In this document: one piece after another, positions 47,034-59,690 of the stretch
Layout: every line of letters begins with the position of its first letter
Position numbering within the stretch: position 1 is the first letter of the stretch
NCBI GenBank assembly: GCA_963828525.1
Contig: CAWHEP010000010.1
Location: 192,001 to 256,000, forward strand
Source of the DNA: an uncultured Verrucomicrobiae bacterium
GTDB lineage: Bacteria > Verrucomicrobiota > Verrucomicrobiia > Chthoniobacterales > Chthoniobacteraceae
DNA length: 64,000 nucleotides
Direction of reading: 5' to 3'
Position numbers and translations under genes: made by a program
Notes under the pieces: generated by a model
Database searches by the model: none
The model's input: the letters and a program-made list of their open reading frames with translations, nothing else
What the model was told of the DNA's origin: nothing

Positions 47034-47789
47034 GTGCCAAGCGGCGCGTCAACGGCCTCAACCGGCGGTGTTGCATCCGGGGCTACATTCATCCAACATA
47101 GCGCGGTGCTCCAGCCACAACGAAAATACCCGGGCCGACTCATTGCAGTCGAGGGCCTGGACGGCTCAGGCAAATCAACCCAGTTGTATTTGGTCAAACG
47201 CTGGCTCGAACTCCAGCATTCCAAGGTCTATTTTACGGAATGGAACTCCTCGGTGCTGGTAAAAAAGGCCACGTCGAAGGGCAAGAAACGGCAGCTTCTT
47301 ACGCCAACCAGCTTTTGCCTTATCCATGCCACTGACTTTGCGGATCGGTACGAGAGACAAATCCTGCCGCTGCTACGCGCGGGGTTCATCGTGCTGGCGG
47401 ATCGTTATATTTACACGGCGCTGGCTCGGGACGCGGTGAGGGGACTGGATCGGGATTGGATACAGAAGCTTTATAGTTTCGCCGTTCGTCCGGACATCAC
47501 CTTCTACTTTGAGGTGCCTCTTCAGACATCATTGTCGCGGATTTTAGACGGGCGTCCCTCGCTGAAGTATCATGAGGCCGGACTGGACATGGGATGGTCA
47601 ACAGATCCTTACGAGAGCTTTCGGATATTCCAAGGCAAAGTTCTCAAGGAGTACTCACAGATGAAGGAACGGTTCGCCTTCACGACGATAGACGCGACCA
47701 AACAGATCCACATTCAGCAGGCAACCGTGCGGCAGGTCATCACGGACAAGATCGACCTGGCTTCCTTTCGCCACCCGGCCATCGCATGA
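47034..47789 (+). CDS. tmk: Thymidylate kinase-like protein 1 (start approximate)
   Basis: [12 protein letters not shown]-loop, ADRY lid motif, PDITFYF. Confidence 0.85.
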   Translation: MPSGASTASTGGVASGATFIQHSAVLQPQRKYPGRLIAVEGLDGSGKSTQLYLVKRWLELQHSKVYFTEWNSSVLVKKATSKGKKRQLLTPTSFCLIHATDFADRYERQILPLLRAGFIVLADRYIYTALARDAVRGLDRDWIQKLYSFAVRPDITFYFEVPLQTSLSRILDGRPSLKYHEAGLDMGWSTDPYESFRIFQGKVLKEYSQMKERFAFTTIDATKQIHIQQATVRQVITDKIDLASFRHPAIA

Positions 47790-48508
47790 ACGAGAAACAA
47801 TTTTTCGGGCGACGCCCGCCAGAAGTGCAGGACGCCCAGCTTGCCGGCAAGCTTTTCGTTGTAGAGGGCGCGGACGGCTCCGGCCGCTCCACGCAGATCG
47901 CGATGTTGAGCGAATGGCTGGAAAATAACGGCTTTGCGGTCAAATCGATGGGTCTGCGCCAGTCAAATCTGGTGGCGGAGGATCTGGAAGCGGCAAAGCA
48001 GGGCAACATTCTTACCAGGACAACCCTCAGCCTCTTTTACGCGACCGATTTCTTCGATCAAATGGTTAACGTCATAATACCAGCCTTGCGGGCGGGCTTT
48101 ATGGTAATTGCTGATCGCTATATTTACACCCTTATGGCTCGCGACCTGGTCAGAGGGGCGGATCGGGAATGGGTGCGGAATCTTTATAGTCCGGCGCTTT
48201 TGCCGGATGCCGTTTTCTACTTCAAGGTTGGAGCGCGCCAACTTGTCGAAAGGAATTTCCAGAAGAACGCCACGCTGGATTATTGGGAGTCCGGCATGGA
48301 TATGGGCTTATCGCGGGATATGTTCGACAGCTTCGTGAAGTATCAGAGGAAGTTACAGACGGAGTTCCAGCGGATGCGCGGGGAGTTCGGGTTTGACGAG
48401 GTAAACGCCAACCTGCCAATCGCGCGTGTGCAGCAGGAACTGCGAAAGAAGATCGGGGCGCAACTGCCGATCTGCAGCCAGGCTGAAGATGATACCGAGT
48501 CTCCCTGA
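47786..48508 (+). CDS. Thymidylate kinase-like protein 2 (P-loop Lys replaced by Arg)
   Basis: EGADGSGRSTQ, ADRYIYT, PDAVFYF; ATGA overlap with copy 1. Confidence 0.85.
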   Translation: MNEKQFFGRRPPEVQDAQLAGKLFVVEGADGSGRSTQIAMLSEWLENNGFAVKSMGLRQSNLVAEDLEAAKQGNILTRTTLSLFYATDFFDQMVNVIIPALRAGFMVIADRYIYTLMARDLVRGADREWVRNLYSPALLPDAVFYFKVGARQLVERNFQKNATLDYWESGMDMGLSRDMFDSFVKYQRKLQTEFQRMRGEFGFDEVNANLPIARVQQELRKKIGAQLPICSQAEDDTESP

Positions 48509-48522
48509 GGGCAGGGGACCGG

Positions 48523-48884
48523 CTACCGGAAGAATTTCAAAACGCCGCCGGATGATGCAGCTGCCTGGGCGGCATGCTGTTCATCTGAACACGCCGAGTT
48601 CGTGGGCACGCCTGCCGGACGCTTCGCTGCGGGTGGTCAGGCCTTGCTTGACCAGATAAGCTTCGACTTCGTCGCCGCTCACGTCGGCCAAGCATGGCGC
48701 CATTTACTTCGACACAAGGGGACAAGGGCTGGCCGCTTTTCTGCTCCATCTCCCAGCGGAAGGCGGGGTTCTGGATGATATCCTTCTCCTCGTAAGGCAG
48801 GGAGTATTTCGCGAGCACGGCGCGAACACCGGCGCTCCATCCACATTGCGTTTTGAGGTAGGCAGTGATTTTCGGTTTATCCAT
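48523..48884 (-). CDS. Monothiol glutaredoxin-like protein (indels in 3' half)
   Basis: AYLKTQCGWS..VR, SGQPLSPCVEVNG..LAD motifs. Confidence 0.8.
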
Positions 48885-48911
48885 AATCGTCAGCGAATTA
48901 GCACGAATTCC

Positions 48912-48950
48912 AAAAAGAAAGGCGCGGCTTCCGCAAGGGAAGCCGCGCCT
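48912..48950 (-). terminator. Rho-independent terminator of rpsA
   Basis: Stem GGCGCGGCTTCC/GGAAGCCGCGCC followed by TTTCTTTTT on the minus strand, ~20 bp after the rpsA stop. Confidence 0.9.
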
Positions 48951-48969
48951 GTCTTGAGTGCGAATTTGC

Positions 48970-50657
48970 TTAAGGCTTCTTCTTGGAATCGCCGGGCCGA
49001 TATTCGTCCTCGGCAACCTGGAAGGCCTGCTCGAGGCCAACCATGTCTTCGCCCGGACGGAGGCTGTCGAACGCCTCGCTCTCCTTGCGGAGCTCTTCTT
49101 CGGAGTAGTTCGCCGCCTTGACTGAGAGGCCGATTCGTCGTTCCGCCTTGTCAACCTTGATCACACGGGCTTCAACTTCCTGGCCGATCTTCAGGACATC
49201 CTTCACCTTGGCCACGTGGTCTTCGCTGAGCTGCGAGATGTGAACGAGTCCGTCGATGTCGTCCTGCAATGAGACGAAATGCTCCGAAGCTGGCGAGCTT
49301 CGTCACTTTGCCCTTCACCAAGATCGCCGATCTTGTAGCGATGATCGATTTCCTTCCACGGATCGCCTTCCAACTGCTTCACGCCGAGACTGATACGTTG
49401 ATTCGTCTTGTCGATGTCGATGACGACCGCTTCGACGTCGTCGCCCTTTTTGAGGATTTCGCTCGGGTGATTTACCTTCCGGGTCCAACTGAGATCGGAC
49501 ACGTGGATCATTCCATCGATGCCCTCTTCGAGTTCTACGAACGCGCCATAGGCGGTCATGTTGCGGACCTTGCCGGTGACGGTCTTGCCGATCATGTACT
49601 TGTGCTCCATCTCGTCCCATGGATTGGGCTCAAGCTGGCGGACGCCCAGGGAGATCTTCTGTTCCTCCTTATTGACGCCGAGGACAACGGCTTCGACTTC
49701 CTGTCCGACGTTAAGAACGTCAGAGGGGCGCGTGATACGCTTCGTCCAAGAGAGTTCCGAAACGTGGATGAGGCCTTCAACGCCTTCCTCGATTTCGACG
49801 AACGCGCCGTAAGGAACAAGGTTTGTAACCTTGCCCTTGACGTGCTGCCCGACAGGGAAACGCTCTTCGATCTTATCCCACGGATTCTTGAGAGTTTGCT
49901 TGAGGCCGAGCGAGACGCGCTCCTTCTCCTTATTGATGTCGAGGACAACAACGTCCATTTCCTGGCCGACTTTCAGTAGTTCGCTTGGGTGGCCGAGCCT
50001 GCCCCAGGTCATGTCTGTGATGTGCAACAAGCCGTCGATGCCTGTGAGATCGATGAAAGCCCCGAAATCGGTGAGGTTTTTGACGGTGCCCTTGACCATG
50101 TCGCCGACCTTTACTTTCTCAAGGAAACGCTGCCGCTTTTCGGCGCGCTCCTGCTCGATCAATTCGCGCCGGCTGAGGACGACATTTTTGCGGTCGTCAT
50201 TGATTTTGACGATCTTGAAATCGTAGGTATTGCCCACGAACTGCTGAAGATCTTTTGGCGGGACAACATCGATCTGCGAGCCAGGGAGAAAGGCCTCGAC
50301 GCCGATATTGACGGTAAGACCGCCTTTAACCACGGCGCGGACTTTGCCTTTGATGAGGCCATCGCCCTCAAATACCTTGATGATCTTGTCCCAATTTTGC
50401 TTATGGGCTGCCTTTTGCTTGGAGAGGACGACCATGCCCTCATCATTTTCGAGGCGCTCGAGGAGAACCTCGACCTCATCGCCGACCTGGAGTTCATCGA
50501 TGTCATCGAACTCCGCGGAAGGGATCACGCCCTCGGATTTGTAACCAATGTCCACGAGGACTTCGCGAGGGCGAAGTTCGAGGATGTGTCCTTTGACGAT
50601 GCTGCCCTCTTTGAAATCGCGAAGGGACTTCGCGATCAACTCTTGCATTTCAATCAT
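48970..50657 (-). CDS. rpsA: 30S ribosomal protein S1 (indels ~49270-49320)
   Basis: Tandem S1 domains (DIGYKSEG, AFLPGSQ, DFGAF, YGAFVE, GLIHVSELSW); the last domain lies in ORF 48970..49269. Confidence 0.97.
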
Positions 50658-51047
50658 AGCCTAATATAAACTCACCACGGTTGCCAGTTACCCGGGCCTG
50701 CCCGGACGAGTCGAAACGACAGAGTCTATAGCGGGAGAGACGGGGAGGGGAATGTAGCAGGTATTTTGTGTTTGGCAAGCGGGTGGGGTTTACCACGGAT
50801 CACGCTGATTTCCCCGGGTTTTGGGGAGGGGATCTTAACGCGGAGGCGCGGAGAACGCAGAGGCGGAGAAGACGGGGAGGTTTACCCCACGGATTGCTGA
50901 TTGCTCGGATGACTTGGGGGTTGGCGCAGGTTCAAAGCCACCCTTCGGTTGGCTACTGGGGAAATGCTGGCTATTCTGGGCTGTTCAATTCGGGCGCAGC
51001 CGCTAGGGTCCGGCAGACCTCTGGCGAGGAGGGAAGACAAGCCTTGA

Positions 51048-54000
51048 ATGTCCAATCCCTTTTTCGATCATCCGATTCTCAATTCGCCGTACGGTTACCC
51101 GGCGGCATTGGGAACTGGATGAGCATGGCCAGCCAACGCAGCAGATCATCGAGCACCGCCGCCGCGCCGAGTTCATCACGCCGATCCCGAAGCCGAAGAA
51201 GCGCAAAGGCCGCCGCGACAGCAGGAGATCGTGTTCGACGAAGGCAAGGGACTTTCCACGACAGGAGCAGCAGTACGACCCGACCTCGATCATCAACGAG
51301 GTGCGCGGCCATGTGGATCAGTGGCGGGCGTTGCCCAACCCCAGCCAATGGCAGGTGACGCCCGGAAACGGCGCGGCTGCTGCAGCACTGGCGGCATCAC
51401 CAGTTCAGCCGGCGTCCGGCCGTTCTTCTGCCAGGTCGAGGCGGTCGAAACGGCGATCTGGCTGACCGAGGTCGCGCCGCAGATCGACGACGCGGCAAGC
51501 GGCTTCTCGATCATCTCGCCGCCGCCAACAAGGACGCCAACCCCGAGCTGATGCGGCTGGCGCTGAAGCTGGCCACCGGCGCCGGCAAGACACCGTCATG
51601 GCGATGCTGATCGCCTGGCAGACGGTCAACGCCGTGCGCCGACCCGGCAGCAAGCACTTCACCCGCGGCTTCCTCGTCGTCGCGCCGGGCCTACGATCAA
51701 GGATCGCCTGCGCGTTCTCCAGCCGAACGATCCCGACAGCTACTACGCCAGCCGCGAACTCGTCCCGCAGCGACATGCTGGACGATGTCGAACCGTGCCA
51801 AGATCGTCATCACCAACTACCACGCCTTCAAGCTGCGCGAGCGCATCGAACTTTCCGCAGGCGGACGGGCGCTTGCTGCAGGGCCGCGGCGAGCGAACTG
51901 AAAACGCTCGAAACCGAAGGCCAGATGCTCCAGCGGGTGATGCCCGACCTGATGGGCATGAAGAACATCCTCGTGCTCAACGACGAGGCGCACCACTGCT
52001 ACCGCGAGAAGCCCGACGCCGAATGACGACGAGGACCTGAAGGGCGACGAAGAAGAAAGGAGGCGCGAGAAGAACAACGAGGCGGCCCGGCTGTGGATTT
52101 CCGGCCTGGAAGCGGTGAACCGCAAGCTCGGCGTCGCGCGCGTCATCGACCTTTCGGCCACGCCGTTCTTCCTCCGCGGCTCCGGCTACGCCGAGGGCAC
52201 GCTGTTCCCGTGGACGATGAGCGACTTCTCGCTCATGGACGCCATCGAGTGCGGCATCGTCAAGCTGCCGCGCGTGCCGGTCGCCGAAAACATCCCCGGC
52301 AGACGAAATGCCGATGTTCCGCAACCTGTGGGAGAACATCCGCAAGGACATGCCGAAGAAGGGGCGGGGCAAGGCGGCGAAGCTCGACCCGCTCAAGCTT
52401 CCGACCCGGCTGCAGACGGCGCTGCAGGCGCTCTACGGCCACTACGAGAAGACCTTCGAGCTGTGGGAGGAGGCGGGCATTCGCGTGCCGCCCTGCTTCA
52501 TCATCGTCTGCCAGAACACCGCGATCTCCAAGCTGGTCTACGACTACATCTCCGGCTTCCAGCGCAAGAACGAGGACGGCTACGCACCACGCTCGAGAAC
52601 GGCCGCCTCGCGCTGTTCCGCAATTTCGACGAACACGGCAACCCGCTCGCCGCGCCCGAACACGCTGCTGATCGACAGCGAGCAACTCGAAGCCGGCGAT
52701 GCGCTGGACGACGAATTTCCGCGAGATGGCGGCCGATGAGATCGAGCGCTTCCGCCGCGAGATCGTCGAGCGCACCGGCGACCAGCGGCAGGCCGAGAAC
52801 ATCACCGATCAGGAACTGCTCCGCGAGGTGATGAACACCGTCGGCAAGCCCGGCCAGACTCGGCGGCTCCATCCGCTGCGTCGTCTCCGTCTCGATGCTC
52901 ACCGAAGGCTGGGACGCCAATACCGTCACCCACGTCCTCGGCGTCCGCGCCTTCGGCACGCAGCTTCTCTGCGAACAGGTCATCGGCCGCGCCCTGCGCC
53001 GCCAGTCCTACGAGCTGAACGAAGAGGGGCTCTTCAACGTCGAATACGCCGACGTCTTCGGCATTCCCTTCGACTTCACGGCCAAGCCGGTCATCGCTCC
53101 GCCGCAGCCGCCGCGCGAAACGATTCAGGTCAAGGCCGTGCGCCCCGAGCGCGATGCGCTTGGAAATCCGCTTCCCGCGCGTGGAAGGCTATCGCGTCGA
53201 ACTGCCCGAGGAGCGGCTGACCGCCGAGTTCAACGACGACTCGGTCCTGGAGCTCACGCCCGATCTGGTCGGCCCGTCCATCACGCAGAACTCGGGCATC
53301 ATCGGCGAGGGCGTCGACTGAACCTGGAGCACCTGGGCGACATGCGCCCGTCGACGCTGCTGTTCCACGTCACCCAGCGCCTGCTTTACACGAAATGGCG
53401 CGATCCCGGCGAAGAGCCGCAAGCTCCACCTCTTCGGCCAGCTCAAGCGCATCACCAAGCAATGGCTCGACGACGCTGCCTCGTCTGCAAGGGCGGCACC
53501 TATCCCGGCGCTGCTCATGTATCAGGAGCTGGCGGACATGGCCTGCAACCGGATCACCGCCGGCGATCACCCGGCATTCGTCGGCGAGCGCCCGATCAAG
53601 GCGCTGCTCGATCCCTACAACCCGACCGGCTCCACCGCGCACGTCCGCTTCAACACCTCGCAAGACCGACCGCTGGGAAACCAGCTCCAGCCGCTGCCAC
53701 ATCAACTGGGTGATCCTCGACAGCGATTGGGAAGCCGAGTTCTGCCGCGTCGCCGAGTCGCACCCGCAGGTGCGTGCCTACGTCAAGAACCACAACCTCG
53801 GGCTTCGAAGTGCCCTACCGCTACGGCTCCGAGACGCGCAAGTATCTGCCCGACTTCATCGTCCTCGTGGACGACGGCCACGGCGACGACGACCTGCTGC
53901 ATCTCATCGTCGAGATCAAAGGCTATCGGCGCGAGGACGCGAAGGAGAAGAAGTCCACGATGGAGACCTACTGGGTGCCCGGCGTGAACCACCTCGGGAC

Positions 54001-54121
54001 GCACGGCCGCTGGGCCTTCGCCGAGTTCACCGAGGTCTATCAGATCGAGTCCGACTTCAAGGCGAAGGTCGAAAGCGAGTTCGACAAAATGATCGACGCG
54101 GCCGGCCGCAGCGACTACTGA
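51048..54121 (+). CDS. Type III-like restriction endonuclease Res subunit (BPTD_3080-like); many indels
   Basis: [61 protein letters not shown]-terminal YLPDF..VEIKG PD-(D/E)xK nuclease. Confidence 0.88.
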
Positions 54122-55122
54122 AATTTTGCCATGAAGCTGCGCATATCTCACCGACGTCTGACATATCGCCCCTTGACGAAGGCCGGCTCGGGAAACCTGA
54201 CGATCAGCCGGCATCGCTGTGGAGCATTTACCTCTGTCTCAGGGGCGAGTCGCCGGATGCGCGATTCGGCGCATGCATCTAATCGACGCGGCTCTTCATC
54301 ACGCTTCCACCTTGGACTCCTGCAGTTCTGCACATCGGCGCGCTGCCGATCGCAACTCCGCAGGATGCTGGCAAGCGAGCACGTCTAATGAAAGGCTGCG
54401 ACGGAATCGGTGGCACATCTCTGCTCAGCGACTGAGCTCGATGCCACGTTTACCGCTGTTTTATTACTACGGAACCGTCGAGAGCTGGCGATCCTACCCG
54501 TCCTGTCAACCAGATCAGTTCGGCGACACCACGAGCGCGCTTTGCGGAAGAGCTCATCGAACTTCGCCCCATGCGGAAGTCCACACTCTGCCGGCCAAGA
54601 GCCGACGAAGTGAAGAGCGGCTACGGCTCGGATCAACGGCGATCAGCTGCCGACAGAAGCTATCGGCTGCGACCGTGAAAGGAGCGGTCTTATCGAGCAG
54701 CTGCAGCGCGCATCCTGGATGTTGGGCTACGGCTCCTGCCGTGAGCGGCGCAGCCAACTCGCTGCCTCGCCATGCGGACGAGCGAATGCGTCTTGTCGGA
54801 TCCAACTTCGTCATCGCTGCGGCAAAGGGGCTCGATGTTGCCGGCTCTGCGACGTGTCATCCCTCGAATCCGAGCACGCAGGCATGACACGATCATCCTC
54901 GTAACCTGCGAACGAGCGGATCTCGACCGGTATGCCGAGCCGCCAATGGCTTATGACTGCCCGAGCGAAGGCGTTCGGAGTCGCATTGATCCGCAGGCAG
55001 CATGACTGAATCGCCACGGCTCGCGACGCAATATCGACGCCATGACTCCGCCGTTCGCACGACGCCGACTAGCCACTGCAGACATCCGGATGCCATGGAA
55101 GCCCTCCACGGATGAAACCACC

Positions 55123-57918
55123 ATGGCCAAGAAACCACACCCACCAAGACCGTCGAGACGCTCACGCACGACGACCGACACGCGCAAGAACATCCCCACC
55201 GCCGAGTATCAGTCCGTGCTCAAAAAGGAGAGCGAATCCCGTGCGGTGGCCTACGAGCGCCGCAACCGCGACCTCGATCCGCAGCTCGTCTGGCGCGGAA
55301 GGATGAGCAGGACTGGAGCGACCTCGTCGTCCACGCGCCGCCGCTCTACATCCAGGAAAAGGTGCACCCGAAGGTGCTCATCGACGACCTGCTGCGCCAG
55401 ACGCGAGCGGAGCGCGAAGCGATGACGGCAGGCGGATGCTCACAGCTCGATCTCTTCGCCGACTTCAACGGCATCCCCGAGGGCGCGGACAAGACCGAGT
55501 TCTACCAGCACGACCAGAACTGGTCCAACCGCATGATCCTCGGCGACTCGCTCCAGGTCATGGCCAGCCTGGCCGAGCGCGAGGGGCTGCGCGGCAAGGT
55601 GCAGTGCATCTACCTCGACCCGCCCTACGGCATCAAGTTCAACAGCAACTTCCAGTGGTCCACCACCAGCCGCGACGTGAAGGACGGCAACGCCGGCCAC
55701 ATCACCCGCGAGCCGGAGCAGGTCAAAGCCTTCCGCGACACCTGGCGCGACGGCATCCACAGCTACCTCACCTACCTGCGCGACCGGCTCACCGTCGCCC
55801 GCGATCTGCTCACCGAGTCGGGCTCGATCTTCGTGCAGATCGGCGATGAGAATGTGCACCGCGTCCGGGCGGTGATGGATGAGGTGTTCGGCGAGAACAA
55901 CTTCTGTCGCTCAGATAATGTTTCAGAAGACTGGCAGTACTCGAGTAGCTCGATACCTCAGTCGATCGACGATTACGTTCTGTGGTTTGCAAGACGCGAC
56001 AGCAGTCAAGTTTCGGCAGCCTTATTCGCGAAAGCTTCCAGGAGCAGGATCAGACTATCGACAACGTCGATACTTGATGTGTCGGTACGGCGATCGACGC
56101 AGACGAAAGCGAGGCAACTCGACAGATCGCCAGTCTAAGACTCTTCACGACTGCACTCGGATCAGCAAGATCCGCAAGTCACGAGTTCTGCGTTCCGATG
56201 GTCGGACATATTCATCCGGCAACGGCAGCAGCTGGAAAACCAATGCCAGCGGAATGGATCGCCTTGCTAAAGCTGATCGGCTTATGCAGCCAGACGACAG
56301 TCTCGACTATCGCCGTTTCTTGATGACTTTCCTGTCGTACACGATGCACAATATCTGGGACGACACCGGAGTCGACGGTTTCGAGGAACAAGATTTATGT
56401 CGTTCAGACACGCCACAAGGTAATCGAGCGTTGCCTCCTCATGACCACCGACCCCGGCGATCTCGTGCTCGACCCGACCTGCGGGTCCGGCACGACGGCG
56501 TATCGTCGCCGAGCAATGGGGCCGGCGCTGGATCACGATCGACACCTCGCGCGTGGCGCTGGCGCTGGCCCGTGCCCGCATCATGGGCGCGCGCTATCCG
56601 TATTACCTGCTGGCCGACTCCGCGAGGGCCAGCGAAGGAAGCGGAAGTCACCGCGCCGCGCCAGCTCGCAGCCGGTGCACGGCAACATCCGCCACGGCTT
56701 CGTCTACGAGCGCGTGCCGCACATCACGCTCAAATCGATCGCCAACAACGCCGAGATCGACGTGATCTGGGACAAGTGGCAGAGCGAAGCTGGAGCCGCT
56801 GCGCGAGCAAGCTGAACGCCGCGGCTCGGCGAACGGATGGCAGGAATGGGAGATCCCGCGCGAGGCGAGCACGGCTGGCTGGTCCGGACGCCGCCGAAGA
56901 ACTGCACGCCGAATGGTGGCAGGCCCGCATCGCCCGGCAGAAGGAGATCGACGCCTCCATCGCCGCCAAGGCCGAGTTCGAGTATCTGTACGACAAGCCC
57001 TACGACGACAAGAAGAAGGTCCGCGTGGCCGGGCCGTTCACGGTCGAGAGCCTATCGCCCCACCGCATGCTCGGCGTCGACGAAGAACGACGAGCTGATC
57101 GACCCCGCCTGGCCAAGCGCCGGCTGACGGCGATCGCGCCGACGCAGACTTCGCCCAGATGATCCTGGAGAACCTCAAGACCGCCGGCGTGCAGCAGGCG
57201 CACAAGGAGGACCGGATCACCTTCACCGCGCTGACACCCTGGCCCGGCATCTGTCTGCGCCGAAGGGCGCTACCTGAGGAAGGCGAAGGAGCCGAGAAGC
57301 GCGCGCCGCCATCTTCATCGGCCCGGAGTTCGGCACCGTGCAGCGCGCCGACCTGGTCGCCGCCGCCCGCGAGGCCGGCGATGCCGGCTTCGATGTGCTG
57401 ATCGCCTGCGCCTTCAACTACGAGGCCCACACCACCGAGTTCAGCAAGCTCGGCCGCATCCCGGTGCTCAAGGCGCGGATGAACGCCGACCTGCACATGG
57501 CCGACGACCTGAAGAACACCGGCAAGGGCAACCTGTTTGTGATCTTCGGCGAGCCGGACATCGACATCCTGGACGCCGGCGCCGGACGGCCAGATGCGGG
57601 TGAAGGTGAACGGCGTGGATGTCTTCGACCCCAACACCGGCGAAGTCCGTCAGCGACGGCGCCGACGGCATCGCCTGCTGGTTCATCGACACCGACTACA
57701 ACGAAGAAAGCTTCTTCGTCCGCCACGCCTACTTCCTCGGCGCCAACGATCCCTACAGCGTCGCTCAAGACCACGCTCAAGGCCGAGATCAACGCCGAAG
57801 CCTGGGCGACGCTGCACAGCGACACCTCGCGGCCTTCGACAAGCCGCAGTCGGGCCGGATCGCGGTGAAGGTGATCAACCACCTGGGGACGAAGTGATGA
57901 AGGTTTTCAAATCATATG
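55123..57918 (+). CDS. Type III-like adenine DNA methyltransferase Mod subunit; many indels
   Basis: [34 protein letters not shown] (motif IV), DPTCGSGTT (motif I), [36 protein letters not shown]. Confidence 0.88.
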
Positions 57919-59623
57919 ATGCGTCATTGGCCTCCTAAACCAAATCAGAAAAGATGAAATAGTCCTGCCCGCGATCCAACGGGATTTCGTGTGGGAGGAA
58001 GACAAAATAGCGAAGCTCCTCGACTCCATCCTTCGCGGCTATCCTGTTGGCATCGCGCTGCTTTGGGAAACCTACCACTCACTTCAGTACCGAACCTTCA
58101 TCAAGGACATCGCCGGAGCTGGCAACCTTCAAGGAGAATGAAAAGGGAAGCGGCGCCCGTGGTTTTGGACAGTCAACAGCGGCTCCAGTCGCTCTACATC
58201 GCAAATATTTAGGCACATTTGAAGCCAAAAACCTATGCTTCGACGTGCTGAGCGGCCGCACACAAGATGATGTGTCCGAACAGAAGTTCATATTCGAATT
58301 CTTTGACTCCAAATGGCTCGACCATTGGAATTCTCACACCAAGGAGCAATTAGCTAAGGCAGAGAGTGACCGAGATCGGGATTTCTACCTATGGTATTAC
58401 GTCAAAGTTTCCGACCTATTCGGAATGAGCGCAACCGCGCCGCGAGAAGTTCGTCGGAAAGCTTGCTGGTGAGTTGAGCCTCAACGTTGACGACCAAACA
58501 CGCCTCCGGGTAAATCTTGCGACCTTTGATGAACCCACTACAAATTCGAGTCGGTGAATCTTTTGATAATCGATGAGAACTGACACCGGAAAGTGAGGAT
58601 CGGAAGAGTGAGGCGATGTCGTGGAGATCTTCGTTCGGATCGACAGAGAGCGCACTCCACTCATCCGTTCCGATCTAATCTTCAGCATGCTGAAGCTAAC
58701 GTTGAAGGAATCCGCCGAGGCGTAGCCGGATTTTGTGCATGGAGTCAATGAGGGAAACTCACCGTCACTTGAAACCAATTTTGTGATCCGTTGTTTTTCG
58801 CGGAATTTGACCGTGGGTGCAAAGTTTGCGCTCGATCATTTGCGAACAAGAAAAGCAATGTGCAGAAGCTATCGAGGACAACTTCGACGGCTTCTGCAAC
58901 GCAATCAATGCGACAGTCGATTTCCTGACGCAACATTGCTCGATTCAGAACAGCGGTCTTCTTGGTGGGCGAACGATCCTGGTCCCCTTCGTCTATTACT
59001 TCTTCCATACGAAGAAGCACCGTGTTTCCCGGCTTCGGAAATTCCGCGCGCTCGCCAAGCGCTTTACTGGCTCGGATTCTCGCGCGCCCTGTCGCGCTAT
59101 GGCGATAGTCGGGCAGGCGCCCTTATCCGGGATGCCTAAGCCGCTTGCGAAAAAGGTGACGAGTCGTTTCCTTTCGAAAAGGTAGTGAGCTGGGTCAATT
59201 ATTGGGAGGGAGTCAGCGAATTTGGGGCAGATTTGCTCCAGCGTAACCACCATCTCACCTTACACGTCATCCAAGAGATAATTGGTGCGCAGGTCATTCT
59301 AGGGCAAATTTGCCGAAGATGATCATATCTTTCCGCGAGCAACCCTCCGCGAAGCCAAATACGACGAAGGTATGGTCAACCACTTCGCAAACTTCTGGAT
59401 TCTGGCGCGCGAGAAGAACCGAAATAAGAGCGATACGCCTCCGCGGAAGTATTTCAAAGACGTCCCAGACTTGGAACTGAACCGCGCCTTAATCAGCCGA
59501 GACCTTCTGGACTTTAAGAAATACCGTGAGTTTATCGCGAGTCGGGCAGAGCAAATTGTTGCAAAAGTCCGCGCAAAGCTGGATTTCGCTGAACGTGTAG
59601 ATGCGGATCCTCAGGCTAGTTGA
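57916..59623 (+). CDS. GmrSD-like (DUF262 + HNH/DUF1524) protein; heavily frameshifted
   Basis: IVLPAIQRDFVW..LLDSILRGYPVG..LW, a QQRLQSLY motif (DGQQR-like), and C-terminal DHIFP..N...L...N..KS. Confidence 0.75.
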
Positions 59624-59690
59624 CACAATACAGGCGTCCCTCTCCCTTCCACTTTGGTGAGCGAATTGCCGATGCTTTCCTAAACAAGTC

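Noticed and set aside
48970..50657. Frameshifts in rpsA, glutaredoxin, drmA/B/E, the kinase and others as pseudogenes or programmed frameshifts
   Set aside because: They hit an essential gene (rpsA), are scattered single-base indels, and both sides stay well conserved. Long-read consensus error is the simplest explanation.
52020..52030. In-frame TGA in Res as selenocysteine or readthrough
   Set aside because: Coding continues in another frame right after it, consistent with an indel in a very indel-rich gene.
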